64,000 nucleotides of DNA. It comes from Fidelibacterota bacterium. GTDB taxonomy: Bacteria; Fidelibacterota; Marinisomatia; Marinisomatales; Marinisomataceae. Shown one piece after another: positions 50,115 through 60,540 of the stretch (the stretch's first letter is position 1; every line of letters begins with the position of its first letter). Position numbers and translations under genes: made by a program. Location of the stretch: the NCBI GenBank assembly GCA_965212055.1, contig OZ243041.1, positions 736,001 to 800,000 of the forward strand, in the 5' to 3' direction. The notes beneath the pieces were generated by a model, which was not told where the DNA came from, made no database searches, and was given only the letters and a program-made list of their open reading frames with translations.

Positions 50115-50646
50115 TACTGATTTTATCCTCTTGAGAATCGACTATTTCAGAAATTTCATTATGTTTTGGCATATCAGATAAATTCTCTAGACCAAAATGT
50201 TTCAAATATTCTTCGGTAGTGCAATATAACAAAGCTCTTCCAGGACTATCATCTCTTCCTTTTATTTTAATTAATTTCTTTGTGAGTAGATTTTTTATTA
50301 CACCTTTACAATCAACCCCTCTTATTGATTCGATTTCTAACCTATTAATTGGCTGTTTATAAGCAATGATAGCCAATACTTCTAACCCAGCATTCGATAA
50401 AATTAACTTTTTACCAGGTAATATCTTTGAAATAAATGGTTCAAAATCTTTTTTGCTCACGAGCATATATCCACCACCTACTTTCGAAATTTGAAAAGCA
50501 TTGTCTGTATATTTTTGATTGAGTTTCTCAACTATATCATCCAAAGACGGAGTATTACCATTATCAAATACTTTTTTAAGATCGGATTGTTTCAGTGGCT
50601 GAGAAAGAACAAATAATAATGATTCAATAATTAATTCATCATTCAT
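50101..50646 (-). CDS. scpB: Segregation and condensation protein B
   Basis: IESLLF, LEVLAIIAYKQPI, IRGV, PGRALLY. Confidence 0.94.
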   Translation of the reverse strand: MNDELIIESLLFVLSQPLKQSDLKKVFDNGNTPSLDDIVEKLNQKYTDNAFQISKVGGGYMLVSKKDFEPFISKILPGKKLILSNAGLEVLAIIAYKQPINRLEIESIRGVDCKGVIKNLLTKKLIKIKGRDDSPGRALLYCTTEEYLKHFGLENLSDMPKHNEISEIVDSQEDKISSEII

Positions 50647-51371
50647 TATGCTTCAGCACCAATATTTAATTTTATGTTAATTTGACCAAAAGCATCCTTT
50701 TGTTTACAAACTAATTCTGCTGTTCTAATCATTTCTAATAAAGCTAAAAATGTGACAATAATCTCAAGCTTACTTTTTAATTTTTTTATCAATTTTCCTA
50801 ACGAAAGATTACCTTTCTTATCAAAATTTGCAATTATAAAATTTTTTTGTTCTGTAAGTGATATTTTTTCTCTGTGAATATCTAATGAATCAGTTATAGG
50901 TGCATTTGAAAGTGCTTCTTTAAAAATCTTTGATATATCAAATAATGATACTTCTCTTAAAAATTCATTTGGATTTATTGCTTCCTCTGAAGAATCTATA
51001 TCAATAGGACGATAGAATAAGTCTTTATTGTTATTCTGAATAATTTTCAATTGATTAGCAATTTTTTTAAATGTCTTATACTGTATCAATTGATCTACTA
51101 GATTTACACGAGGATCATCAATATCAAAACCTTCTTCATCTTCTTTTCTTGGTAAAAGCATTCTTGTTTTTAATCGCGTTAATAATGAAGCCATAAAAAC
51201 AAATTCACCTGCTACTGCAATATTTAATTTCTTTGCGTGTTTTATTGTATCAATATATTCTTTTGTAATCTTTGATATAGGAATATCGTAGATATCTATT
51301 TTATCTCTTTTAATAAAATAAAGCAGTAAATCTAGAGGTCCTTCAAAATTATCAAGCTTTACATTAAACAT
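50646..51371 (-). CDS. scpA: Segregation and condensation protein A
   Basis: FEGPLDLLL, IDIYDIPI, DPR, FLALLEM. Confidence 0.94.
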   Translation of the reverse strand: MFNVKLDNFEGPLDLLLYFIKRDKIDIYDIPISKITKEYIDTIKHAKKLNIAVAGEFVFMASLLTRLKTRMLLPRKEDEEGFDIDDPRVNLVDQLIQYKTFKKIANQLKIIQNNNKDLFYRPIDIDSSEEAINPNEFLREVSLFDISKIFKEALSNAPITDSLDIHREKISLTEQKNFIIANFDKKGNLSLGKLIKKLKSKLEIIVTFLALLEMIRTAELVCKQKDAFGQINIKLNIGAEA

Positions 51372-52340
51372 TTAAAGCATTCCAATTGATTTCTTAACAT
51401 CTTCTAAAGTTTTCGTTGCTACAGCTTTTGCTTTATCTTTTCCTAAGGCCATCAAATCAGAAACATCATCAGGTCTATTTAAATAATCGTCTTTCTGTAA
51501 TCTTTGATCAGCAAAATAATCCATAATACATTGATAGAGTTCATTTTTTATATCTGAATATTTTAGTCCAGGAGTTTGATATCTTTCTTTGAGCTCTTTT
51601 TTCTGATTCTCTGTTAAGAATAGTGAATAAATTTTAAATAATGGAGTATCAATATCTTTTGGCTCATTTAATCCTGAGGAATCAGTAATAATATTCATTA
51701 TTTGTTCTTTTATATATTTATCATCACCAAAAATTGGAATAGTATTATTGTAAGATTTACTCATTTTTTGATCATCAATACCATTAATTATGCTGGCATT
51801 TTTGTCAATATCAATTTCTGGAATAGTGAAGATTTCCTCAAAAGTATTATTAAATTTTAGTGCAATATCTCTGGTCATTTCTAAGTGTTGTTTTTGATCT
51901 TTTCCAACTGGCACAACATCTGATTGAAACAATAAGATATCTGATGCCATCAAAATTGGATAAGAAAATAATCCCATATTCGGCTTTAGACCGCGTCCAA
52001 TCTTATCTTTATAAGATGTAGATCTTTGCATTAAACCAACACTGGTAAAATTAGATAATATCCACGCTAATTCTGTTACTTCTGGAACATGAGATTGAAT
52101 CCAGATGGTAGATTTAGATGGATTAAGACCTAGAGCTAATAGATCGCAAAACGAAACGAATGTATTATCCTCAAGTTTATTTTTATCATTCAGAGAAGTC
52201 AAAGAATGATAGTTAGCAATAAAACAAAATAAATCAGATGATTTTTGAAATTCAATCATACGTTTAATCATTCCAAAGTAATTGCCAATATGTAATAACC
52301 CTGATGGTTGTACGCCACTTAGTATTCTTTTCTTTTTCAT
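51372..52340 (-). CDS. trpS: Tryptophan--tRNA ligase
   Basis: SGVQPSG, HIGN, YPILMASDIL, VPVGKDQKQH, KMSKS. Confidence 0.97.
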   Translation of the reverse strand: MKKKRILSGVQPSGLLHIGNYFGMIKRMIEFQKSSDLFCFIANYHSLTSLNDKNKLEDNTFVSFCDLLALGLNPSKSTIWIQSHVPEVTELAWILSNFTSVGLMQRSTSYKDKIGRGLKPNMGLFSYPILMASDILLFQSDVVPVGKDQKQHLEMTRDIALKFNNTFEEIFTIPEIDIDKNASIINGIDDQKMSKSYNNTIPIFGDDKYIKEQIMNIITDSSGLNEPKDIDTPLFKIYSLFLTENQKKELKERYQTPGLKYSDIKNELYQCIMDYFADQRLQKDDYLNRPDDVSDLMALGKDKAKAVATKTLEDVKKSIGML

Positions 52341-52341
52341 A

Positions 52342-52875
52342 TTAATTTTTACCAGAGAATAAATAGCCTTCCCAATCAACATTGTTTTGTTTAACAAATT
52401 GTTTAAAATAAATAAATCGATTTGGTCTTCTTGGTTGTTTCATAAGTTTCATTCTTGCCTCTTGTGGTGTTTTATTTCCTTTTTTTGAATTACATGGAGA
52501 ACAAGCCACAATTAAATTTTCCCATGTATCAGGACCACTTTTTTCTTTGGGAATAATATGATCAACAGTTAAATGTGATTTTGAAAAACAATATTGACAA
52601 CAAAAATTATCTCGAATCAATAGGTTTTTTCTATTAAGAACAACATCCAAGTTATTATGTTTAACATATCGTCTTAATTTAACTACACTTGGAATCTTTA
52701 CTCTCATTGATGGCGAATGGACATAATCATTGTAATTTTTTAAAATATCAATCTTATCAAGAAAATATAAACATAGTGCTCGTTTTGATGAACAAACTGC
52801 CAAAGGAACATAGCTGGCATTTAAAACTAGTGTAAGATTACTATTAAGTTTAGAAACTGAATTATTTTTATACAT
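52342..52875 (-). CDS. HNH endonuclease family protein
   Basis: LVLNASY, RD..CQYC, TVDHIIP, WENLIVACSPCN; ATG 52875 preferred. Confidence 0.9.
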   Translation of the reverse strand: MYKNNSVSKLNSNLTLVLNASYVPLAVCSSKRALCLYFLDKIDILKNYNDYVHSPSMRVKIPSVVKLRRYVKHNNLDVVLNRKNLLIRDNFCCQYCFSKSHLTVDHIIPKEKSGPDTWENLIVACSPCNSKKGNKTPQEARMKLMKQPRRPNRFIYFKQFVKQNNVDWEGYLFSGKN

Positions 52876-52946
52876 TATGGATACAAATTTATGAAAATAA
52901 TCTTTTATTAATGAATAAAAATAACTTTGATTATACAACCAAGACT

Positions 52947-54566
52947 TTAATCATCAAATTCCCATAAAATACCAAATGACATTAAACTATTGATTGGATT
53001 AAATAATTCGTGTCTTTCTATTGAATAATCTCCATTCACAGGTAAACGATGCAATAAATTATTAGCACGAAATGTTAAAATCACATCACCAATAGAAATA
53101 TCAAGATTTACACCAACGTTATAACTTTCATCATTTATAAAACTATTTCCAACAGATGGAATATTTCTAAAATAATCAAAGGAAAAATCGGAATTATTTT
53201 TTGAGAGATAGATTAAAGAAATTTTTCCATTTATACCTAGCTTTTCATTGACAAAAGATGTTTTAAATCCATAATTAATATCTAAAATATCTGATCTATT
53301 TGAACTTATAACACTATCATAGAAATTGTGGTAATATGCAAAATTTAAATTATGATTATTAAATGAAATTCCAAATTTTGTCTTCAATGATAATAAATCA
53401 TCAGAAAGAGTAGTAAAAGAATCATCAGCTTTATTATATGCTGTTAAATTTGATACTTCAGTCCATTTTAGATTGGTTTCTAAAATAAAACCAGAATAAA
53501 TGTTATAGTGTAGATTAACTGAATTCCAAGTTTCAATACCTTGGTAATCGGGATTATCGAATAAGAATGTTGTTGGCTTGTTTGTAATATCCATTGATAG
53601 AGAATAAGTCTGATTACCAAAATTATGATTTAGCTCATAATAAAAATTTGGTAAGACTTCTTCATTTTCAGATCCATAATTACCATCACTTTTATAAGGA
53701 GAATTCCCTCTAAAATAATCAAACCCATATTTAATCTCTGATGATTTAAAACTATTGCTACTAACTAGATTGAGAGAATTTTGAGTATAAGCTTGTAAAA
53801 CATCATGAATTGTTTGACGTGATCTTAAGTCAAAATAAAATTTATTATCTAAAGATAAATCAATTGAAACATTTTTATCATTATTTGCATTGATTGTAAG
53901 AATGTTTCTATCAATATCAATATCGTTATCTAACAATTCTTCTAATAAAAAGAGTTTATCATGCTTAGTAATATGATTGAATTTAAATGTATAGTTCCAT
54001 AGACCTTTTTCAAATCTATCAATTAAAGTAAAAGATAAAAAATCAGAAAATTCTTTATTATTCGAGTTATCTTCAACATTATCAAATAAGAAATTTGAAC
54101 TTGTCTGAAAATATCCTACTGAAACAATTAAGAAATGATTCTCAAAATGTTTTGAATAATCAAATTGATATAAAAGGCTTAAAGGACCGCTATTTGAATT
54201 GGCAAACTCAGAATAATTCCCAAAAAAACTCTTTTTAAATCCTAAAAACTGGAAATCACTATCTTGAGAATGTTTTTTTAAACCAACATTAAGAACATCC
54301 AAACCATAATCGCCAAACTCATAAGAAAATTTGCTTTTTGTGTAAGTTGAATCAATTTTGATATCATTGAAATCAAAGGAGCTGAATTTTTGTTTAAAAT
54401 ATTTTGAGGATGAATCAATCAACAGATTGTCAAATTTCTGATCTGTATTCCATATAATCTGATTATTGCTAAGATTAATACCAAATTGATCTGATAAATC
54501 ATAAGAAATATCATGTTGTGCGAAAATATTTTGAAAAAAGAATATAATAAGTAATCTATTTTTCAT
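52947..54566 (-). CDS. Putative outer-membrane beta-barrel (putative porin-like)
   Basis: Signal peptide, alternating aromatic beta strands, C-terminus FGILWEFDD. Confidence 0.6.
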   Translation of the reverse strand: MKNRLLIIFFFQNIFAQHDISYDLSDQFGINLSNNQIIWNTDQKFDNLLIDSSSKYFKQKFSSFDFNDIKIDSTYTKSKFSYEFGDYGLDVLNVGLKKHSQDSDFQFLGFKKSFFGNYSEFANSNSGPLSLLYQFDYSKHFENHFLIVSVGYFQTSSNFLFDNVEDNSNNKEFSDFLSFTLIDRFEKGLWNYTFKFNHITKHDKLFLLEELLDNDIDIDRNILTINANNDKNVSIDLSLDNKFYFDLRSRQTIHDVLQAYTQNSLNLVSSNSFKSSEIKYGFDYFRGNSPYKSDGNYGSENEEVLPNFYYELNHNFGNQTYSLSMDITNKPTTFLFDNPDYQGIETWNSVNLHYNIYSGFILETNLKWTEVSNLTAYNKADDSFTTLSDDLLSLKTKFGISFNNHNLNFAYYHNFYDSVISSNRSDILDINYGFKTSFVNEKLGINGKISLIYLSKNNSDFSFDYFRNIPSVGNSFINDESYNVGVNLDISIGDVILTFRANNLLHRLPVNGDYSIERHELFNPINSLMSFGILWEFDD

Positions 54567-55437
54567 TTCTACTCATGAAATTTACCTGAGAATCCATATA
54601 ATTGATTGTATGCAATAACATTGCTTCTATTGTTTGTGGTTCTACTGGACTTTGCCATTCTCTTCTACCTTGATAAGATAAAATCAAATGTTCTAGTTGA
54701 ATTTTATCCTCTTTCGGGAAAGTTTTTATTTCTCTTATATACTCATTAACAACATCTCTTGATAAGATAGCATTTCCAACTAATTGTTTTTCAATGCTTT
54801 TATCAGCAGAAAAACCAATATTAATTGAGTAAAGTTTGCCAATCTGATGAAGGCAAGCTCCTGTTAATAACAAATTAGAATCCACTGCATAATTTCTTGC
54901 TAACAATCTAGCAATTTTCATCAGTGAAACAGTCTGTTCTAAAAGACCATGTTGATAATTATAATGATATGCAATACTCGCAGGATAAATTTGAAATTTT
55001 TGTTTATGATCTGATAAAATTTTAGTGACTAACTTTTTAAAGTGTGGCTTTGAAATTGTTTTAATTTCTTTTTGGAGTTGTGTCCATAATTGTTTCACAT
55101 TTTGTTTTGAAGTAGGAATTAAATCTGATGGTACAAAACCATATTTTTTATATCTATCAATAGATGCTCTATTAATATTTTTTATTTTTATAAAAAGATT
55201 CTCTCCATAACTATAAGTTATACCCTTTAAAGCAACCGGATTTCCAACATCAAATTTTTTAGTCAGTATATGAACATTATCCCAAATCCTTCCTCTTATT
55301 ATACCAGATTTATCCTGAAGTAATAAATCAATATAAGGGGATCCATCTTTTTTCTTTCGCAGTTTTTTTTCAATGCATAAGTAAAAACCTTGAAGTTTCA
55401 CATCAGAAAGCAAATTATTGATAAGAACAGATTTCAT
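54556..55437 (-). CDS. YhaM/Cbf1-like OB-fold plus HD-domain protein with degenerate active site
   Basis: OB-fold (KDGSPYI, LQDKSG.I.GRIWD), YPA, GLLE, LHQIGK, HLILS, SPVEP.T.EA. Confidence 0.85.
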   Translation of the reverse strand: MKSVLINNLLSDVKLQGFYLCIEKKLRKKKDGSPYIDLLLQDKSGIIRGRIWDNVHILTKKFDVGNPVALKGITYSYGENLFIKIKNINRASIDRYKKYGFVPSDLIPTSKQNVKQLWTQLQKEIKTISKPHFKKLVTKILSDHKQKFQIYPASIAYHYNYQHGLLEQTVSLMKIARLLARNYAVDSNLLLTGACLHQIGKLYSINIGFSADKSIEKQLVGNAILSRDVVNEYIREIKTFPKEDKIQLEHLILSYQGRREWQSPVEPQTIEAMLLHTINYMDSQVNFMSRNEK

Positions 55438-55444
55438 TTAAAAA

Positions 55445-55909
55445 TTAATTAGTAAGATGAGAACAATTTTTACTATTGCATACACCAGAAAGTTGATGAG
55501 TTCTTTGTGTAACTTTCATATTTAATTTTTTAGCAATTTCATTTTCTAAAACAGTAATATTACTATCAAAAAATTCGAAGATTTCACCGCAGTCCTCACA
55601 TAAAATATGATCATGTCTTGGGCTGATAGATTTTTTATTATGTTCATAAAGAATTTTGCCGTTCCCAAGAGAGACTTTTTTTAACAAATCATGTTTAACA
55701 AATACATCAATTGTTCTATAAAGGGTAGCTCTTGATACATTGATTTTCTTTTTGATTAAAGACTGTAAAATAGTTTCAATATCTCTGTGATCATCAGTTG
55801 AACATAACTCATCCCATATGTCTAAACGTTGTTTCGTTGTTCTCATACCTTCCGCTTTGAGTACTGATCCAACTTCGACATGGAATCTACATGGTATTAA
55901 TTTTTCCAT
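55445..55909 (-). CDS. fur: Fur family transcriptional regulator
   Basis: TKQR, VSRATLYRTI, HDHILCEDCGEIFEF. Exact subfamily (Fur/Zur/PerR) not established. Confidence 0.88.
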   Translation of the reverse strand: MEKLIPCRFHVEVGSVLKAEGMRTTKQRLDIWDELCSTDDHRDIETILQSLIKKKINVSRATLYRTIDVFVKHDLLKKVSLGNGKILYEHNKKSISPRHDHILCEDCGEIFEFFDSNITVLENEIAKKLNMKVTQRTHQLSGVCNSKNCSHLTN

Positions 55910-55935
55910 TATTCAAATTACATTAAATAAATTTT

Positions 55936-58102
55936 CTAATCTATCCTTTTTAGATTGGCATACTTCACAATTAGCTTCTTTTTTAGACCATCTTTAAACT
56001 CTATACCAACTTTTTGGTTCTCTCCAACACCATTTAAAACAATAATTATTCCAACACCAAAAAGATTGTGTTGTACCATATCGCCCACTGCAAAATCATC
56101 AAATTCAGTAACTGTTCTAGCCATTTTAACTGTTTTACCATTAGCTGAATTAACAATACGTTTAGTATATACACTTTTATATTTTTTTACTTTTAATGAA
56201 TCTTTGTTGATTTCGTTTAAAAAATCAGATTGTATAAAAGATGAAGTGCTTTGCGAACCAAATCTTCTTCTATAATATGCATTGAGCAAATAAGCTTTTT
56301 CCATAGCTCTTGTCAATGCAACATAAAACAGTCTTCTTTCTTCTTCAAATTGATCACTAGAATCATCTATCCTCATTAAAGGAAAAAGACCTTGCTCTAA
56401 TCCAGTAATAAACACTGTGGGAAATTCTAATCCCTTTGCTGCATGTACAGTCATGAGTGTAATAGAATTTTGTTTACTATTCCAATCATCCAAATCAGTG
56501 TACAATGCTACTTCTTGTAAGAATTCTCTTAATCCTCCACCAGAAGTTTCGGCGAAATAATCAATACTGGATTTTAATTCTTGGATATTATTATAACGAT
56601 CTTGTTCTACTGGATTGTTCTTATAATAGTACTCGATATTAAATTCTTCTAAAATCACACGAAATAATTCTTTGCAATCTAATTTTTCTAATAAATCATG
56701 GAATTTATTAATTGAATCATAAAAATTTGAAATCGAATCACATTGCTTATTTCTTAATTTTAATTCTTTAGCAAATTGTAAACTTTCAAATAAAGATATT
56801 TTCTTTTTGTTTGCTAAATCATTAAGAAGTTTAATTGTTTTCTCACCAATTCCTCTAACAGGAAAATTAATAATTCTTTTTAAAGCCACATTATCATTTA
56901 GATTGCAAATTAGAATAAGATATGCAAGAACATTTTTTATTTCTTTTCTATCATAAAATTTTGTGCCTCCAACTATACTATATGGTAAACCTTCTCTCAT
57001 GAAAATCTGCTCTATAATTCTTGATTGGGCATTTGTTCGGTAAAGAATTGCAAAATCTTGAAATGTACTTTTATTTATTTTGATATCTTTTTTAATAGAA
57101 TCAGCAACTGCAAGAGCTTCTTCTTTATCGTTACCAGTAGGAATCAAAGATATTCTTTCCCCCTGCCCTTTTGTAGCTACCAATTTCTTTTCAGCACGAT
57201 TTGCATTGTTAGATACTACAGACCATGCACCATCAAGAATTCTTTGTGTTGATCTGTAATTCTTTTCCAGTTTAATCTCAACCGCTTTTGGAAAAGTATC
57301 TTTAAAATTTGTGAGAATATTATCAATATTTGCACCTCTCCATCCATAGATTGACTGGTCATCATCTCCTACCACGGTAATATTTTTGATGTCCACTAGC
57401 AAGGAAGCTAATCAACTCAAATTGTGGAGAATTAGTATCTTGAAATTCATCAACTAATATGTATTTCCACAAATTTTGATATGCTTTTAGTGATGATTTA
57501 TTTTTCTTAAAAAGTTGAATAGGCAATAAAATTAAATCATTAAAATCGACGGCATTATTTTGAATCAACTTTTCTAAATAAAGATCATATATCTCAGCAA
57601 TTTTTTTATTTTCGAAACTATTTGCCTCTGATTGAACATCTTTAACAGACATTGATGCATTTTTGAAACTATCAATCTTTGCTTGTAATAAATTGGGATT
57701 AAATTCTTTATAATTATTAAGATCTAATTCTTCTATAATTTCTTTTAAGATTATTTTTTGATCAGAACCATCATAAATGGTAAAACCACTGCTATATCTT
57801 TTATCTAAATTTTTAATATATTTTCTTAGAATTCTGGCTCCGATAGAATGAAAAGTTCCAACAGTAGCACCATCACATTTAATACTTTTATTGATGCGTT
57901 CTCTCATTTCTGATGCTGCTTTATTTGTAAATGTCAAAGCTAAAATTTCTTTAGGTAGATAAATCTTATTCTTAATCAAATACCAAACTTTATAAGTCAA
58001 TACACGTGTTTTCCCACTCCCTGCTCCTGCAAAAACAAGCACTGGTCCTTTAGTAGCTTTAACAGCTTTTAATTGTTCATTATTTAAATCTGATAGTTTC
58101 AT
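55936..58102 (-). pseudogene. pcrA: PcrA/UvrD helicase split by a single-base frameshift (ORFs 57362-58102 and 55936-57402); may be a sequencing error
   Basis: AGAGSGKT and LVDEFQDTN in ORF1; VGDDDQSIY, NYRST, MTVHAAKGLEF, EERRLFYV in ORF2. Removing one T from the run at 57383-57387 restores GHQNITVVGDD and a 721-aa protein. Confidence 0.85.
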
Positions 58103-59094
58103 TGCATTCTTTTTTGTCTTTTATATTCTCGTTTTGCCTTTAAATGATCAGACTGATTTGTACTAAATGAGTGATATCCATCTCCTTTGGCAACAAAATA
58201 TAAGTAATCAGTATCCTCTGGATAAAGCGCAGCTTCAATTGACTTAATACCAGGATTATTAATTGGCCCTGGTGGTAAACCATAGTACATATATGTATTA
58301 TATGGAGAGTTTATTGTCAAGTGTTTTGTTTGTAATGTCTTTGGTCCGTCTGGGAATAGATACTGTATTGTTGGATCTGCTTGTAGTTTTATATTTTTTC
58401 TTAATCGATTGTGATATACTGATGATATAGTCCTACGTTCACTATCAAATAGGGCTTCGCCTTCAATAATAGATGCTAAAGTAATAACCTCATGAATTGT
58501 AAATCCTAATTCATTGGATCTATCAATTAATGTTTGATTAAAATTATCCCAAAATTGATTAATCATTACTGTTAAAACTTCTTCAATCATCATGTCTTGA
58601 AAAAAATAGTATGTATCTGGGAATAAATATCCCTCTAAAGAAGTAGCTTCGATATCAAATTGTTCTATAAAACTAGGATCAGTAAGAAGTCTTCTATTTT
58701 GGGTTTCAAGTATGTTTTCAATTTTCTCCAATACTTTTTCAGATCTTAATCCTTCAGGAAGCGTTATTTTTATTCTGATTGGACCTTCATCAAAAATTGT
58801 ACGAATTAATCTAGCATTACTAACATTCCCTTCTATGGCGAATGTCCCCGTTGGAATATTCCCAGCAAGACCACGTAATGCAACTGCATATTTAAAAAAA
58901 GATTTGTTACTAATAATACCTTGCTCATATAAAACATTTGTAAGACTATTTAAAGACATTCCTTTTTCAATTATAAATGTTGTTCTTTCAATTGACTTAC
59001 TATTTAAAGAAGAAAAAATAACAAACGCTAAGAAGAATAGAACAAATAAATTAGCAAAAATAGATTGTGGGTTTTTATTGGTTTTGTTTTCCAT
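58099..59094 (-). CDS. mltG: Endolytic transglycosylase MltG
   Basis: TLPEG, LEGYLFPDTY, LASIIEGE, LQADPT, SPYNTY, GLPPGPI. Confidence 0.95.
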   Translation of the reverse strand: MENKTNKNPQSIFANLFVLFFLAFVIFSSLNSKSIERTTFIIEKGMSLNSLTNVLYEQGIISNKSFFKYAVALRGLAGNIPTGTFAIEGNVSNARLIRTIFDEGPIRIKITLPEGLRSEKVLEKIENILETQNRRLLTDPSFIEQFDIEATSLEGYLFPDTYYFFQDMMIEEVLTVMINQFWDNFNQTLIDRSNELGFTIHEVITLASIIEGEALFDSERRTISSVYHNRLRKNIKLQADPTIQYLFPDGPKTLQTKHLTINSPYNTYMYYGLPPGPINNPGIKSIEAALYPEDTDYLYFVAKGDGYHSFSTNQSDHLKAKREYKRQKRMQ

Positions 59095-59158
59095 TTGGAA
59101 CGGAGAAATTAATTATATTTTTGGAAAGTTTGTATAACACATTTAACTTTTTGTAATA

Positions 59159-59374
59159 ATGAGTCAAAATAAAGAAAAAGTAAATTTTCAATGGCCATAT
59201 AAAAGAAAAAATTATGTTTTGTTTGCCATTGGAGTTTTCGTTATAATCGTGGGTTATTTGATAATGTATTTAGGAAAAGTTGATAGTTTTCAAAGCTTGA
59301 CTCTTTCTCCTATACTTTTGTTAATCGGTTATTTGATTATAATTCCATATGCATTGTTATATAGAAATAATTAA
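59159..59374 (+). CDS. Small two-TM membrane protein (DUF3098-like)
   Basis: KRKNYVL, GYLIM, TLSPILLLIGY pattern. Confidence 0.75.
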   Translation: MSQNKEKVNFQWPYKRKNYVLFAIGVFVIIVGYLIMYLGKVDSFQSLTLSPILLLIGYLIIIPYALLYRNN

Positions 59375-59375
59375 T

Positions 59376-59449
59376 GGGGTAGTAGTTCAGCTGGTTAGAA
59401 CGCCGGCCTGTCAAGCCGGAGGTCGCGGGTTCGAGTCCCGTCTATCCCG
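59376..59449 (+). tRNA. tRNA-Asp (GTC); CCA not encoded
   Basis: Acceptor GGGGTAG/CTATCCC, D arm GTTC/GAAC, anticodon arm CCGGC-CTGTCAA-GCCGG, T arm GCGGG-TTCGAGT-CCCGT. Confidence 0.98.
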
Positions 59450-59457
59450 CATATAAA

Positions 59458-60540
59458 GTGGCTAATATTTTCCAAATTGGCTCTGGCATGGTTGGTAGTG
59501 CAATGGCCTTAGATCTTGCAAACAATCATGATGTATTTTTATCAGATAATAACAAAAAATCACTTGCCAAAATTCAGTCTCAAAATAATTCTATTCAAAT
59601 TCAACAATTAGATGTCAAAAATAAAAATGCTTTATCTGAATGGATTCAACCTGCAGATATTGTTTTATTAGCAGTTCCTGGATTTTTGGGATATGAAACA
59701 TTAAAAACAATCATCGAAACCGGAAAACATGTTGTAGATATTTCATTTGCTCCAGAAAATGTTTTAGATCTGAATCCTCTTGCAAAGAAAAACAATGTTA
59801 TTAGCATTGTGGATGCAGGCGTTGCACCTGGAATACCAAATTATCTTCTTGGTTACTGGAATTCCAGAATGAACATTGAATCATTTGAATACTATGTTGG
59901 TGGTCTTCCAAAAAATCCTACTCCTCCTTTTTATTATAAAGCACCTTTTTCCCCAATTGATGTTATTGAAGAATACACGCGTCCAGCAAGAATGATGATT
60001 AATGGACAACTGAAAACAAAACCAGCACTCTCTGAAATAGAAACAATATTTTTTGAAGAAGTAGGAAAATTAGAAGCATTTAATACAGATGGATTGCGAT
60101 CAATCTTATCTACTATGAATCATATTCCAAATATGAAAGAAAAAACATTGCGCTATCCAAAACATGCACAACTGATGGTAGACTATAGAAATAAAGGACT
60201 ATTTAATGAAGACAATATTCAAGAAACCTCAAGACAATTATTTGAAGATTGGAAGCTAGAAAAAAATGAAGCAGAATTTACTATAATGGATATTATCATT
60301 AAAGGAACTACAGAAAAAATTGAATATCACCTCTATGATGAATTCAATACAGCCTCTCAAACATCATCTATGGCGCGTACCACAGGGTACACAGCAACCG
60401 CTACGATTAATCTCATTTTGGAAAAATTATGGATTGATTCAGGAGTATTCCCACCAGAAATAATAGGGAAAAAAGAACAGTGTATGCATCATATTCTTAA
60501 TTATTTAGAAGATAGAAATATTACAATTACAAAAAAATAA
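59458..60540 (+). CDS. Saccharopine dehydrogenase / lysine 6-dehydrogenase family protein
   Basis: GSGMVG, AVPGFLG, VDISF, GVAPG, YVGGLP, LEAFNTDGLR, KTLRYP, MARTTG. Confidence 0.88.
   Translation: MANIFQIGSGMVGSAMALDLANNHDVFLSDNNKKSLAKIQSQNNSIQIQQLDVKNKNALSEWIQPADIVLLAVPGFLGYETLKTIIETGKHVVDISFAPENVLDLNPLAKKNNVISIVDAGVAPGIPNYLLGYWNSRMNIESFEYYVGGLPKNPTPPFYYKAPFSPIDVIEEYTRPARMMINGQLKTKPALSEIETIFFEEVGKLEAFNTDGLRSILSTMNHIPNMKEKTLRYPKHAQLMVDYRNKGLFNEDNIQETSRQLFEDWKLEKNEAEFTIMDIIIKGTTEKIEYHLYDEFNTASQTSSMARTTGYTATATINLILEKLWIDSGVFPPEIIGKKEQCMHHILNYLEDRNITITKK

Noticed and set aside
52342..52875. HNH nuclease as a homing endonuclease or defence/mobile element
   Set aside because: Standalone LVLNASY-type HNH family gene within a core operon; no intron, methylase, repeats or integrase nearby.
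59376..59449. tRNA-Asp as a prophage or ICE attachment site
   Set aside because: No integrase and no duplicated tRNA 3' end within the window.
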